Made by a program: the position numbers and the translations under genes
In this document: piece by piece, positions 10,123-19,663 of the stretch
How the letters are laid out: each line of letters begins with the position of its first letter
How positions within the stretch are numbered: position 1 is the stretch's first letter
Notes under the pieces: model-generated
Databases searched by the model: none
Told to the model about the DNA's origin: nothing
Seen by the model: the letters and a program-made list of their open reading frames with translations, nothing else
NCBI GenBank assembly: GCA_017406465.1
Contig: JAFQYM010000015.1
Span: 64,622-128,621, forward strand
From: Kiritimatiellia bacterium
Lineage (GTDB): Bacteria; Verrucomicrobiota; Kiritimatiellia; RFP12; UBA1067
Reading direction: 5' to 3'
Length of the DNA stretch: 64,000 nucleotides

Positions 10123-10170
10123 AAAGTTGAAAGGTTGAAGAGTTTAAGAGTTTAAGTTTGGAATTTAAAA
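10088..10170 (+). repeat. C-free tandem array of ~8-nt units (A/G)AAGTTGAA
   Basis: 83 nt without a single C in a GC-rich genome: aaagttgaaaagttgaaaggttgaaaagttgaaaggttgaagagtttaagagtttaag. Spans the comEB-like stop and the spacer before tpiA. Confidence 0.9.
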
Positions 10171-10187
10171 CAGGAGTAATAATAAAA

Positions 10188-10946
<759 letters not shown>

Positions 10947-10959
10947 AGATTGTGTTTAG

Positions 10960-11017
10960 CCGTGTAGAACGTGCAGATCGTGCAGAACCTCTACATGTTT
11001 CTACATGTTCTACATGG
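10960..11017 (+). repeat. GTGYAGAAC composite hairpin, copy 1
   Basis: ccgtgtagaacgtgcagatcgtgcagaa - cct - ctacatgtttctacatgttctacatgg. Three 9-mers are followed by their complements. Confidence 0.85.
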
Positions 11018-11025
11018 TTAATAAA

Positions 11026-11634
11026 ATGCGTCGGCAAATGTCCATGCGTCTTGAATTGTTCACAGTTGTTGCGCTTCTCGTGTTTGCGGGATGCTTCGAC
11101 GAGCCAGAGCCCGCGTACAAGTCGGTTCCGGAAGGCGCGCGCGTATATCTCAAGGACCAGGGTCTCGCAGACCTTAAGGGGCAGTCTTTTGACGCCTCTA
11201 AGGTCGACTACCTCAACCTCGACCGCAACGCGCTCACGAACGTCGACGAAGTGGCGTCGCTCACGGGGCTCAAGTGGCTTCGACTCAATTCAAACCAGCT
11301 TTCGGCGCTTCCGTCGCTTGACGCCCTCAAGTCGCTTCGCCGCATTTACCTCAGGGACAACAAGTTCGAAGAGGTGCCCGAGACGCTGAAGGACCTTCCT
11401 TCGCTTACAGACATCGATCTTTCGGGTAATCCCGTTTCGGAAATCCCCGAGTGGCTTGCGAAGAAGGAAGGGCTTGAATTCCTTTCCTTCTCGCGCACGA
11501 AGATAACAAAGCTGCCTGACGATCTTTCCGCATGGAAACGCCTGAAGGCGCTGCAGCTCGGCGATCTCCAGATGACGCCGGACGAAATGGCGCGGATACG
11601 AAAGTCGCTTCCTGATGTCGCTATCGTATTCTGA
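11026..11634 (+). CDS. leucine-rich repeat lipoprotein
   Basis: Lipobox LLVFAGC. Repeated LxxLxLxxNxL units (LNLDRNALTNV, LRLNSNQLSAL, IYLRDNKFEEV, IDLSGNPVSEI). Start uncertain; the ATGs at 11005 and 11014 lie inside the hairpin. Confidence 0.75.
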   Translation: MRRQMSMRLELFTVVALLVFAGCFDEPEPAYKSVPEGARVYLKDQGLADLKGQSFDASKVDYLNLDRNALTNVDEVASLTGLKWLRLNSNQLSALPSLDALKSLRRIYLRDNKFEEVPETLKDLPSLTDIDLSGNPVSEIPEWLAKKEGLEFLSFSRTKITKLPDDLSAWKRLKALQLGDLQMTPDEMARIRKSLPDVAIVF

Positions 11635-13045
11635 GGTTAAAGAGTTGGCGTCCGGTAAGATCGGACGCCTTCTTTTCAGGTATTCGTGGCCCGCGCTGGT
11701 CGCGATGACCTTGAATGCGCTCTACGCCGTGATTGACCGCGCGTTCATAGGCCATGGATGCGGTGTGGACGCGATGGCCGGCATCCAGCTCGCGATGCCA
11801 GCGATGATGCTGCTTACATCGTTCGGGCCGCTCATTGGCGTTGGGCACGCGGCGGTCCTCTCGATCAAGCTTGGCGAAGGCGATCGCGTGACTTGCGAGA
11901 AGCTCGTTGGCGAGACAATCGCGCTCAAGATCCTGCTCTACGTCATCCTCATCCCTCTCCTCTATATCTTTCTCGACCAGGTGCTTTCGCTTTGCGGCGC
12001 TGACAAAGTGACGCCCGGTGCGGCAGCTGCGGCGAAGTCGTATTTGCAAATCGTCCTCTTCTCACATCTCTTCTCCCACCTTGCTTTCGGTCTTTCCGCA
12101 TTGCATCGCGCCGAAGGTGGCGCGATCCGCGCGATGATGTGCATGGTCGTCGGCTTCGGTGCGAACGTGATTCTCGACCCGATACTCATCTTTGGTTTTG
12201 GTCTTGGCGTCGTCGGCGCGGCGTGGGCGACGAATGTCTCTATGTTGCTTTCTTGCGTCTGGGTGTTTTCCTACTATCTTCGTGGAACGAGCGTCGTGCG
12301 TCTTCGGCTGCGTCGTATCTGGATATATCCGTCACTCTTCTGCCGCACTTTCGCAATAGGTCTTGCGCCGTTCCTCCAGCATCTCATGAGCGCGGTGATC
12401 ATCGCCTCGCTTCAGATCGCGTTTGCGAAGTGGATGCCCGACGAGGCGTCGCGCACCGCCGAGATGGCTTCGCTCGGAGTCTTTAACAGTGCGCTTATCC
12501 TCGTTATAATGCCGGTACTCGGCTGCCAGCAGGGGCTTCAGCCGATCTTCGGCTACAACTGGGGTGCGCGGAACTTCCGCCGCGTGCTCGAGGCGCTCAA
12601 GAAGGGATTTCTTGTCACAACGGCGCTGACAGTCTTTGCCTTCGTCATTCAGGTGGTGCCGCCGTTCCCGACGCTTATTGCGCGATTGTTCGTCTCAAGC
12701 GACAGCCCTGATGTCATTCACCTTGCTGCCAGCGACTTGCAGCTCGCGAACTGCATGATATGGACGATTTCGGTCAACGTCGTCGCAACGACTTACTTCC
12801 AGTCGATTGGAAAGCCCGCAGTCGCAATAGGGCTCTCGCTTCTTCGCCAGGGCGTCGTCCTTCTGCCAATCATCTGGTTCCTTCCTCACTTCCTCGAGGA
12901 CAAGGCGTTTGCTATCTGGCTTTCGATGCCGATTTCCGATGTCATCTGCCAGCTTGCAACGGTTCTTCCTGTGCTGCTTCACATCCGCTTTCTATCTCGC
13001 GTCCGTCCACGCAGAAAAATTTTAATAAAAAATTCAATTCCGTAA
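11615..13045 (+). CDS. MATE family efflux transporter
   Basis: 476 aa and about 12 TM segments. N-terminus GKIGRLLFRYSWPALVAMTLNALYAVIDRAFIGHG is typical of MATE/NorM. Confidence 0.85.
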   Translation: MSLSYSEVKELASGKIGRLLFRYSWPALVAMTLNALYAVIDRAFIGHGCGVDAMAGIQLAMPAMMLLTSFGPLIGVGHAAVLSIKLGEGDRVTCEKLVGETIALKILLYVILIPLLYIFLDQVLSLCGADKVTPGAAAAAKSYLQIVLFSHLFSHLAFGLSALHRAEGGAIRAMMCMVVGFGANVILDPILIFGFGLGVVGAAWATNVSMLLSCVWVFSYYLRGTSVVRLRLRRIWIYPSLFCRTFAIGLAPFLQHLMSAVIIASLQIAFAKWMPDEASRTAEMASLGVFNSALILVIMPVLGCQQGLQPIFGYNWGARNFRRVLEALKKGFLVTTALTVFAFVIQVVPPFPTLIARLFVSSDSPDVIHLAASDLQLANCMIWTISVNVVATTYFQSIGKPAVAIGLSLLRQGVVLLPIIWFLPHFLEDKAFAIWLSMPISDVICQLATVLPVLLHIRFLSRVRPRRKILIKNSIP

Positions 13046-13075
13046 TCATTGGATACGAACCGTCCAGGACGATAG

Positions 13076-13084
13076 TGGTATAAT
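13076..13084 (+). promoter_or_regulatory. extended -10 (TGgTATAAT) of the trp operon
   Basis: tggtataat lies 9 nt upstream of the leader-peptide ATG. Confidence 0.6.
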
Positions 13085-13093
13085 TTGCGGCAA

Positions 13094-13153
13094 ATGAACA
13101 AGATTCCTTCCAGCAACTTTTGGTGGTGGCGCTACGTCTGCAAGGCGTGGTGA
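13094..13153 (+). CDS. trpL: trp operon leader peptide MNKIPSSNFWWWRYVCKAW
   Basis: 19 codons, 4 of them Trp including three consecutive TGG (13121-13129). Followed by a terminator hairpin and then trpE. Confidence 0.8.
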   Translation: MNKIPSSNFWWWRYVCKAW

Positions 13154-13178
13154 TCAGGGATTTTGTTCAATCCCCCCT

Positions 13179-13223
13179 GAAGGCGGCCTTGCTTCTTTGT
13201 AAGTAAGGCCGCTTTCTTATTTT
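13179..13223 (+). terminator. trp attenuator (intrinsic terminator)
   Basis: gaaggcggccttgctt / aagtaaggccgcttt stem (~15 bp including G-U pairs) followed by tttcttatttt. Confidence 0.8.
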
Positions 13224-13259
13224 CAAAACTAAAATTCAATTCATCAAGGAGAAATTCAA

Positions 13260-14660
13260 ATGCTCAAGAACCTGACAAAAGAGGAATTCGAAAGGAGGAC
13301 CGCGGGCGGCAAGCGCACGCCGGTGTTCCGCGAATATCTCGCAGATCGCGAGACTCCCGTGTCGGTGTTGACGCGCATCATCGACGAACCGAAAGACCTC
13401 TTTCTTCTCGAAAGCGTCTACAACGGCGAGCGCAAGGGGCGCTATTCGTATCTCGGTCTCGATCCGGTCGAGAAGCCGGACGAAAGGCCGTTTGTCGCTG
13501 CGCCGGAGCTGTCGTCCTTCCAAGGTGGTCGCGTCGGGTACTTTGCCTACGAGTCCGTGTCGGACTTCGAGCCACGCGTCCCCCGCCGCCACGAGGATGG
13601 AACGCCGCCTGAGGCATTCATGACCGTAGACTCGTTCGTCGTGTTCGACTCCGTTCGCGACACAGCGATAGTTGCAAAGGTCGCGGCGAACGACGCACCA
13701 GACGCCTACGAGAGGACGATGCGCGAGATCGAAGAGCTGCGCAACCGCCTCCTTTCCGCTGAGTCCATCGCGCACTACGTCGAAGGGCACACGCCCGCCG
13801 CCGCATCGCGCGAGCCGTCGCTTTCCGAGTTTGTGCCAGAGATGACCGAGGACGAGTTCTGTGCCATCGTCGGTCGCTGCAAGGAGGCGATTCGCGCGGG
13901 AGAGGTGATCCAGATCGTTCCGTCGCAGAAGTTTACCGCAAAGACTGACATCCCGCCGCTCGCGCTCTATCGCGCCCTGCGGCTTGTGAATCCGTCGCCA
14001 TACAATTTCTTCCTCCGCGTCGGACCGAAGACGCTGATTGGTTCGTCGCCCGAGGAACTTGTGCGTCTTGAAAAGGGGATTGGCTCGATCGCTCCGATTG
14101 CCGGCACGCGTCCGCGCGGTGCGACGCCCGAGATGGACCGTGCGCTTGAGGCGGAGCTTCTCGCAGACCCCAAGGAACGCGCAGAGCACATGATGCTTGT
14201 CGATCTCGCTCGAAACGACCTCGGCCGCGTCGCTAAGACTGGCACTGTCGCGGTGCGAGACCTCGCGCACATCGAGCGCTATTCGCACGTGATGCACATC
14301 GTCTCGAACGTCTACGGCGAACTTGATCCCGACAAGGCCGATGCGCAGGGGCTTTTCAAGGCGGCGTTTCCGGCTGGCACGCTCACCGGTGCGCCGAAGA
14401 TCCGCGCTATGGAGCTTCTCGCCGAGTTTGAGAAGTCGCCGCGCGGCGTCTACGGTGGCGCGGCTGGGTACTTCAGCTACACTGGCGACATGGACTTCGC
14501 CATCGTCATACGCACGATGGTCCTCGAGAACGGCACGCTCACGATGCGCGCCGGCGCCGGCATCGTCGCGGACTCCGACCCTGCGAAGGAGTATCAGGAG
14601 ACGATAAACAAGTCAAAGGCAATCTTCCAGGCGGCGCAGTTCGCAAAGGAGCTCGCATGA
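13260..14660 (+). CDS. trpE: anthranilate synthase component I
   Basis: 466 aa chorismate-binding enzyme (LVDLARNDLGRV, GAGIVADSDP). First gene after the Trp leader; SD aaggag upstream. Confidence 0.95.
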   Translation: MLKNLTKEEFERRTAGGKRTPVFREYLADRETPVSVLTRIIDEPKDLFLLESVYNGERKGRYSYLGLDPVEKPDERPFVAAPELSSFQGGRVGYFAYESVSDFEPRVPRRHEDGTPPEAFMTVDSFVVFDSVRDTAIVAKVAANDAPDAYERTMREIEELRNRLLSAESIAHYVEGHTPAAASREPSLSEFVPEMTEDEFCAIVGRCKEAIRAGEVIQIVPSQKFTAKTDIPPLALYRALRLVNPSPYNFFLRVGPKTLIGSSPEELVRLEKGIGSIAPIAGTRPRGATPEMDRALEAELLADPKERAEHMMLVDLARNDLGRVAKTGTVAVRDLAHIERYSHVMHIVSNVYGELDPDKADAQGLFKAAFPAGTLTGAPKIRAMELLAEFEKSPRGVYGGAAGYFSYTGDMDFAIVIRTMVLENGTLTMRAGAGIVADSDPAKEYQETINKSKAIFQAAQFAKELA

Positions 14661-16216
14661 CTATTCTAATAGACAACTACGATTCGTTCACCTACAACCT
14701 CGTCCAGGCAATAGCCGGACTTGGCATCGACATCAAGGTGTTCAGGAACGACAAGATCGACGTTGATGGAATCGCGGCGCTGAAGCCAGACTCCCTCGTC
14801 ATATCCCCCGGCCCCGGCAATCCCGATTCTGCCGGAATCTCGCTCGCTGCGGTAAAGGCGTTCGCGGGTAAGATTCCGATTCTCGGCGTCTGCCTCGGGC
14901 ACCAGACGATTGCACAGGCGTTTGGCGGACGCATCGTCCACGCGAAGTCGCTTATGCACGGCAAGACGAGCCGCATACGCCACGACGGGAAGGGCATCTT
15001 CGAGGGGCTCCCTCAGGGATTCGAGGCGATGCGCTACCATTCGCTCGCCGTTGATCGTGCGACTCTCCCTGACTGCTTCGAAATTTCCGCCGAGACAGAC
15101 GACGGCGAGATAATGGCGCTTCGCCACAGGGCTCTTCCGATAGAGTCGGTGCAGTACCATCCCGAGTCGATAGGCACGCCCGAGGGAATCGGCCAGCTCA
15201 GGAACTTCTTCGGGCTCAAGTCGAGGAGGGAGTCTCCCGCGGAGACCGTCGCCTACCACGAATTCCGCGGCATCCTCCGCGGCGACTACTCGGAGCGCGA
15301 GCTCTTCGCGCTGCTCACCGACAGCCGCGAGCGTCCCGTGACGACTGCGCGTCTCGTGGGCGCGGCGAGGGCCATGCGCGACGCGATGGGCCGCGTCGAT
15401 CTCGGATGCGACGACGCCGTCGATCTCGTGGGAACGGGCGGCGACGGGCGGCACACGATCAACATCTCCACCACTGCGGCGTTTGTCGCGGCAGGTGCTG
15501 GTGTCAAGATCGCGAAGCACGGCAATGTCGCCGCGACTTCAAAGTGCGGCGCGGCCGACGTGCTGCGCGAGCTCGGCGTCGATCTCAGCCTCCCGCCCGA
15601 CGGCGTCCGCAGGTGCTTCGACGAGACGGGGATGGCGTTTCTCTTCGCCCAGCGCTACCACCCGGGCATGCGCTTCGCTGCGAACGTGCGCAGGCAGCTC
15701 GGCTTCAAGACGCTTTTCAACCTGCTCGGGCCGATCACCAACCCCGCGGGCGTGAGCCGCCAGGCGATAGGCGTGTACGATCCAAAGCTCGTGCCGGTGG
15801 TCGCGGAGGCGCTCAAGGAGCTCGGCAGCGTGCGCGCGCTCGTCTTCTCCGGGACGGAGGGAATGGACGAAGTCGCGCCGGTCGGGTTCACCCTCGTGTC
15901 GGAGCTGAAGGACGGCAGCATCTCCACCGGGCTTTTCAACGCGGACGCGCTTGTCCACGGGGAAAATCGCGGAGTCGAGGACCTTGCAGGCGGAGACGCT
16001 GCCGAGAACGCCGCGGTCCTTCGCGGAATTCTTTCCGGCGAAATCGGCGGTGTCAGACGCGATGCCGTTCTCGTCAATGCGGCGGCGGCAATCGTTGCAG
16101 GCGGCAAGGCGGCGACGATGGAAGAAGGTTACAAGCTTGCCTGCGAGTCAATTGACTCGGGGCGTGCGTCGGAAAAGCTAAAGGAGTTCGTGAAATGTAC
16201 TTCAAAGATGCACTGA
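14657..16216 (+). CDS. trpGD: anthranilate synthase component II fused to anthranilate phosphoribosyltransferase
   Basis: N-terminal GATase (ILGVCLGHQ, VQYHPES). C-terminal TrpD (DLVGTGGDGRHTINISTTAAFVAAGAG, KHGN). Confidence 0.9.
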   Translation: MTILIDNYDSFTYNLVQAIAGLGIDIKVFRNDKIDVDGIAALKPDSLVISPGPGNPDSAGISLAAVKAFAGKIPILGVCLGHQTIAQAFGGRIVHAKSLMHGKTSRIRHDGKGIFEGLPQGFEAMRYHSLAVDRATLPDCFEISAETDDGEIMALRHRALPIESVQYHPESIGTPEGIGQLRNFFGLKSRRESPAETVAYHEFRGILRGDYSERELFALLTDSRERPVTTARLVGAARAMRDAMGRVDLGCDDAVDLVGTGGDGRHTINISTTAAFVAAGAGVKIAKHGNVAATSKCGAADVLRELGVDLSLPPDGVRRCFDETGMAFLFAQRYHPGMRFAANVRRQLGFKTLFNLLGPITNPAGVSRQAIGVYDPKLVPVVAEALKELGSVRALVFSGTEGMDEVAPVGFTLVSELKDGSISTGLFNADALVHGENRGVEDLAGGDAAENAAVLRGILSGEIGGVRRDAVLVNAAAAIVAGGKAATMEEGYKLACESIDSGRASEKLKEFVKCTSKMH

Positions 16217-16860
16217 GTAGGGAAGGCGTCAACATCATCGCCGAATTCAAGCGCGCATCGCCGTCGCTTGGAGACATAGACGTCGCGGCCGATCCGGTCG
16301 CAAAGGCGAAGATATACGAATCGGGCGGAGCGGCCGCGATGTCGGTTCTCTGCGACGCCGCGCGGTTCAAGGGGAGCGTCGAGGACTTGCGGCGCGTAGC
16401 CGCGTCGGGTGCGAAGATTCCGCTTCTCGCAAAAGACTTCATCTCGGAGAAGGAGCGTCTTCGCGAGGTGAAGGACGCGGGCGCGAGTGCGGCCCTGCTG
16501 ATCGTGCGCTACCTTGACGACGAGAAGCTTTCAGAGCTTCTTGCCGAGGCGCGCGCCCTCGGGCTTGACGCGCTCGTCGAGACGCACAGCGAGGAGGAAA
16601 TAAATAGGGCAGTCGCAGTCGGTGCTGACATCATCGGCGTCAACTGCCGCGATCTTTCCAACTTCACTGTGGATGTCTCTATATCCGAGCGGCTCTTGAA
16701 AGCGATTCCGGACGGAATCGTCAAGGTCGCGGAGAGCGGCATCAAGACATCTGCCGACATCGCGCGTCTTCGCGCGGCAGGCGCAAACGCGTTCCTTATA
16801 GGAACTGCACTGATGAAGTCTCAGGACCCGGCAAAACTGTTGTCGATTTTAACCATGTAG
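16195..16860 (+). CDS. trpC: indole-3-glycerol phosphate synthase
   Basis: IIAEFKRASPSLG motif. 221 aa (short N-terminus); overlaps the trpGD end. Confidence 0.85.
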   Translation: MYFKDALSREGVNIIAEFKRASPSLGDIDVAADPVAKAKIYESGGAAAMSVLCDAARFKGSVEDLRRVAASGAKIPLLAKDFISEKERLREVKDAGASAALLIVRYLDDEKLSELLAEARALGLDALVETHSEEEINRAVAVGADIIGVNCRDLSNFTVDVSISERLLKAIPDGIVKVAESGIKTSADIARLRAAGANAFLIGTALMKSQDPAKLLSILTM

Positions 16861-16910
16861 AACGTGTAGATCGTGTAGAAATCCTGCATGTTTCTACACG
16901 TTCTACACGG
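16853..16910 (+). repeat. GTGYAGAAC composite hairpin, copy 2 (trpC-trpB spacer)
   Basis: ccatgtagaacgtgtagatcgtgtagaaa - tcctgcatg - tttctacacgttctacacgg. The trpC stop TAG lies inside the first unit. Confidence 0.85.
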
Positions 16911-16974
16911 CCAATCATTTTCGGCAAGAGATTTGTAATTACGACATTATCTGAAAATCAAAACGACCACAACC

Positions 16975-18171
16975 ATGAACACGACGAAACATTATGGACC
17001 ATACGGCGGACAGTACGTCGCCGAAACGCTGATGGGGCCACTTAACGAACTTGCGGCGGCCTACCTCGAGGCGAAGAAAGACCCTGAGTTCCAGCGCGAA
17101 TTCACGGCTCTCCTCAAGGACTATGTCGGGCGCGAGTCGCCGATTACCGTCTGCAATCGACTCTCCGCGAAGCTGGGCGGTGCGACGATAGTCCTGAAGC
17201 GCGAGGACCTCAACCACACCGGCGCCCACAAGGTCAACAACACGATCGGCCAGGCGCTCCTCGCAAAACGTATGGGCAAGAAGCGCCTGATCGCAGAGAC
17301 TGGCGCTGGGATGCACGGCGTAGCGACAGCGACAGTCGCCGCGCTTCTCGGTATGCCCTGCGAGGTCTACATGGGCGCAATCGACGTGAAGCGCCAGTCG
17401 CCTAATGTAGAGCGCATGAAGATGCTCGGCGCGACCGTCCATTCGATTGAAGAGGGCAGTGCGACCTTGAAGGACGCGATGAATGAAGCTCTCCGCGACT
17501 GGGTCACGAACTGCGACGACACTTTCTACGTGATTGGAACGGCGGCAGGCCCCTATCCGTATCCGGAGATGGTGAAGGACTTCCAGTCCGTCATCGGCAA
17601 GGAGGCGCGTCGCCAGTGCCTTGAGAAGTTTGGCCGGCTTCCCGATCAGGCGATTGCGTGCGTCGGCGGCGGTTCCAATGCCATCGGGCTCTTTGCCGGG
17701 TTCATGGACGATGCGGACGTGAAGCTCGTCGGCGTCGAGGCGGCCGGCAAGGGAATCGCGACCGGCGAACACGCTGCGTCGATCAACGGCGGGCGTCTCG
17801 GCGTTCTCCATGGCGCCAAGACGATGCTTCTCCAGACGGCAGACGGCAACGTGATCGACACGTATTCCGTCTCGGCCGGACTTGACTACCCAGGCGTCGG
17901 GCCGGAGCACTGCCATCTCCATGACACGGGTCGCGCCGAATACTCGTCGATTACGGACGACGAGGCGATAGCCGCGTTCGACGACTTGTGCCGCTACGAG
18001 GGCATTATCCCCGCGCTCGAGTCGAGCCACGCGCTCGCAGAGGCGATAAAGCGCGCGCCGTCGCTTCCCAAGGATACGATCCTTCTCGTGTGCCTTTCGG
18101 GGCGCGGCGACAAGGATCTTGAAAACATACTTGCATACAAGAAGAGCCGTTCAACCATTCAGAACATCTAG
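16975..18171 (+). CDS. trpB: tryptophan synthase beta chain
   Basis: [11 protein letters not shown] (PLP lysine) and GGGSNAIG motifs. Confidence 0.95.
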   Translation: MNTTKHYGPYGGQYVAETLMGPLNELAAAYLEAKKDPEFQREFTALLKDYVGRESPITVCNRLSAKLGGATIVLKREDLNHTGAHKVNNTIGQALLAKRMGKKRLIAETGAGMHGVATATVAALLGMPCEVYMGAIDVKRQSPNVERMKMLGATVHSIEEGSATLKDAMNEALRDWVTNCDDTFYVIGTAAGPYPYPEMVKDFQSVIGKEARRQCLEKFGRLPDQAIACVGGGSNAIGLFAGFMDDADVKLVGVEAAGKGIATGEHAASINGGRLGVLHGAKTMLLQTADGNVIDTYSVSAGLDYPGVGPEHCHLHDTGRAEYSSITDDEAIAAFDDLCRYEGIIPALESSHALAEAIKRAPSLPKDTILLVCLSGRGDKDLENILAYKKSRSTIQNI

Positions 18172-18212
18172 AACATGCAGAACGCCTACACGTTTTCTAC
18201 ACGTTCTACACG
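18158..18212 (+). repeat. GTGYAGAAC composite hairpin, copy 3 (trpB-trpA spacer)
   Basis: ttcagaacatctagaacatgcagaacg - cctacacgttttctacacgttctacacgg. Overlaps the trpB stop. Confidence 0.75.
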
Positions 18213-18237
18213 GCTAAAACATACAGGACGAAAAATC

Positions 18238-18978
18238 ATGAAACAGAGAATTACAGACTGCTTTGCAAAGGCCAAGTCCGAAGGGCGCGGCGCATTTGTC
18301 GCGTACATGACGATTGGCTATCCAACGCTCGAGAAAAGCGAGGCTGCCGTCGAGACGCTGATCTCGGAAGGTGCCGACATAATCGAGCTCGGTGTGCCGT
18401 TCTCCGACCCGTTTGCCGACGGCGCGGTGATACGCGCCGCCGCGTACGAGGCGCTCAGGCAGGGAGTGACGCTCCGCGACGTCATCGCGCTTGCGAAACG
18501 CGTCCGCTCGCGCCATCCAGAGACGGGACTTGTCCTCTTCTCGTACTACAATCTTCTCTTCGCCAACGGTCTCGAGAAGTTCGCGGACGAGGCGGCCGAC
18601 GCCGGAATAGACGCGGTGCTCGCGGTGGACCTGCCGCTTGAGGAGCGCGACGAACTTCTGGCGGTATTGAAGCCGCGCGGGATGTCTTACGTTCCGCTGA
18701 TCGCTCCCAACACGCCGATCGAGCGCGTCAAGGCGAGCGCGGAGGGGCTTGAGAACACATTCCTCTATGTCATCACAGTGAAGGGCATTACGGGCGCAAG
18801 GAAGGAGCTCCCGAAGGAGCTTTCCGCGCGGCTCGAGGCAGTCCGCGCTGCGGTGAAGCTTCCGATTGCCGCGGGCTTTGGAATTTCCTCGAAGGAGCAG
18901 GCCGACGAGATATGCCGTCATGCAGACGGATACATCATCGGCTCTGCTCTCGTCAAGCGGTTTGGAGCGAAAGAGTAG
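18238..18978 (+). CDS. trpA: tryptophan synthase alpha chain
   Basis: GRGAFVAYMTIGYP and ELGVPFSDPFADG motifs. The ATG at 18175 was rejected because it lies inside the hairpin. Confidence 0.9.
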   Translation: MKQRITDCFAKAKSEGRGAFVAYMTIGYPTLEKSEAAVETLISEGADIIELGVPFSDPFADGAVIRAAAYEALRQGVTLRDVIALAKRVRSRHPETGLVLFSYYNLLFANGLEKFADEAADAGIDAVLAVDLPLEERDELLAVLKPRGMSYVPLIAPNTPIERVKASAEGLENTFLYVITVKGITGARKELPKELSARLEAVRAAVKLPIAAGFGISSKEQADEICRHADGYIIGSALVKRFGAKE

Positions 18979-19035
18979 CCGTGTAGAACGTGCAGAACAT
19001 GTAGAGACTCTACACGATCTACATGTTCTACATGG
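18979..19035 (+). repeat. GTGYAGAAC composite hairpin, copy 4 (trpA-trpF spacer)
   Basis: ccgtgtagaacgtgcagaacatgtagag - a - ctctacacgatctacatgttctacatgg. Confidence 0.85.
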
Positions 19036-19058
19036 TTAAATAAGAAACTCTGATCAGT

Positions 19059-19613
19059 ATGAAAATTAAAGTATGCGGAACGAACGACGCCATGTTCGCG
19101 GCGGAGGCGGTGCGTCTTGGGGTCGACTACCTCGGCTTCATCTTCGAGCCGTCGTCGCCGCGCTATGTGACGGTCGAGAAAGTGACGGAGATCGTCTCGT
19201 CGCTTGACGCGTCGCTTAGGCGCCGCGTCCGTCTCGTAGGCGTGTTCGTCCGCGAGACACCTGCCGAAATTACCGAGACGATGCGCCGCACGGGGCTTGA
19301 TGTCGTTCAGTTGCACCGCCGTGCAACCAAAGAGGATGTTGCCGCTCTCAAGGCCGCTGGCTACGAGGTGTGGGCGCTTGCCGGCGGCGCGGAAGGCGAC
19401 GGCGTTCTCTTTGATTCGTCGCACGGCGACGGCGATACGGCATTCAGGGACGGCAATTACAAATCAATAATTGCCGGACGCATCGGTGTCGAAAACGTCG
19501 CAGATGCGCTTGCGCTCAAGCCGGACATTATAGACGTGAACAGTTCGCTCGAAACCGCGCCGGGGGTCAAGAGCACAATTCTTCTTTCCGCATTTCTATC
19601 GGCAGTCCGGTAG
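19059..19613 (+). CDS. trpF: phosphoribosylanthranilate isomerase
   Basis: MKIKVCG start, LGFIF, and size about 184 aa in trp operon context. Confidence 0.8.
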   Translation: MKIKVCGTNDAMFAAEAVRLGVDYLGFIFEPSSPRYVTVEKVTEIVSSLDASLRRRVRLVGVFVRETPAEITETMRRTGLDVVQLHRRATKEDVAALKAAGYEVWALAGGAEGDGVLFDSSHGDGDTAFRDGNYKSIIAGRIGVENVADALALKPDIIDVNSSLETAPGVKSTILLSAFLSAVR

Positions 19614-19663
19614 AGAAACTATTTACGCAAACAGCCGACGGGTCATGATATAATACTACACAA

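Noticed and set aside
10088-10170. Could the GTTGAAAG arrays (also at 30230, 46598 and 62067) be CRISPR arrays?
   Set aside because: The period is only about 8 nt with no spacers. Total length is under 90 nt and no cas genes are present. They are simple tandem repeats.
11005-11025. ATG codons inside the GTAGAAC hairpins used as gene starts (11005 for the LRR protein, 18175 for trpA).
   Set aside because: They are part of the repeated ctacatg unit. The resulting N-termini (MFYMVNK, MQNAYTFSTRSTRLKHTGRKI) are repeat-encoded and absent from the family consensus.
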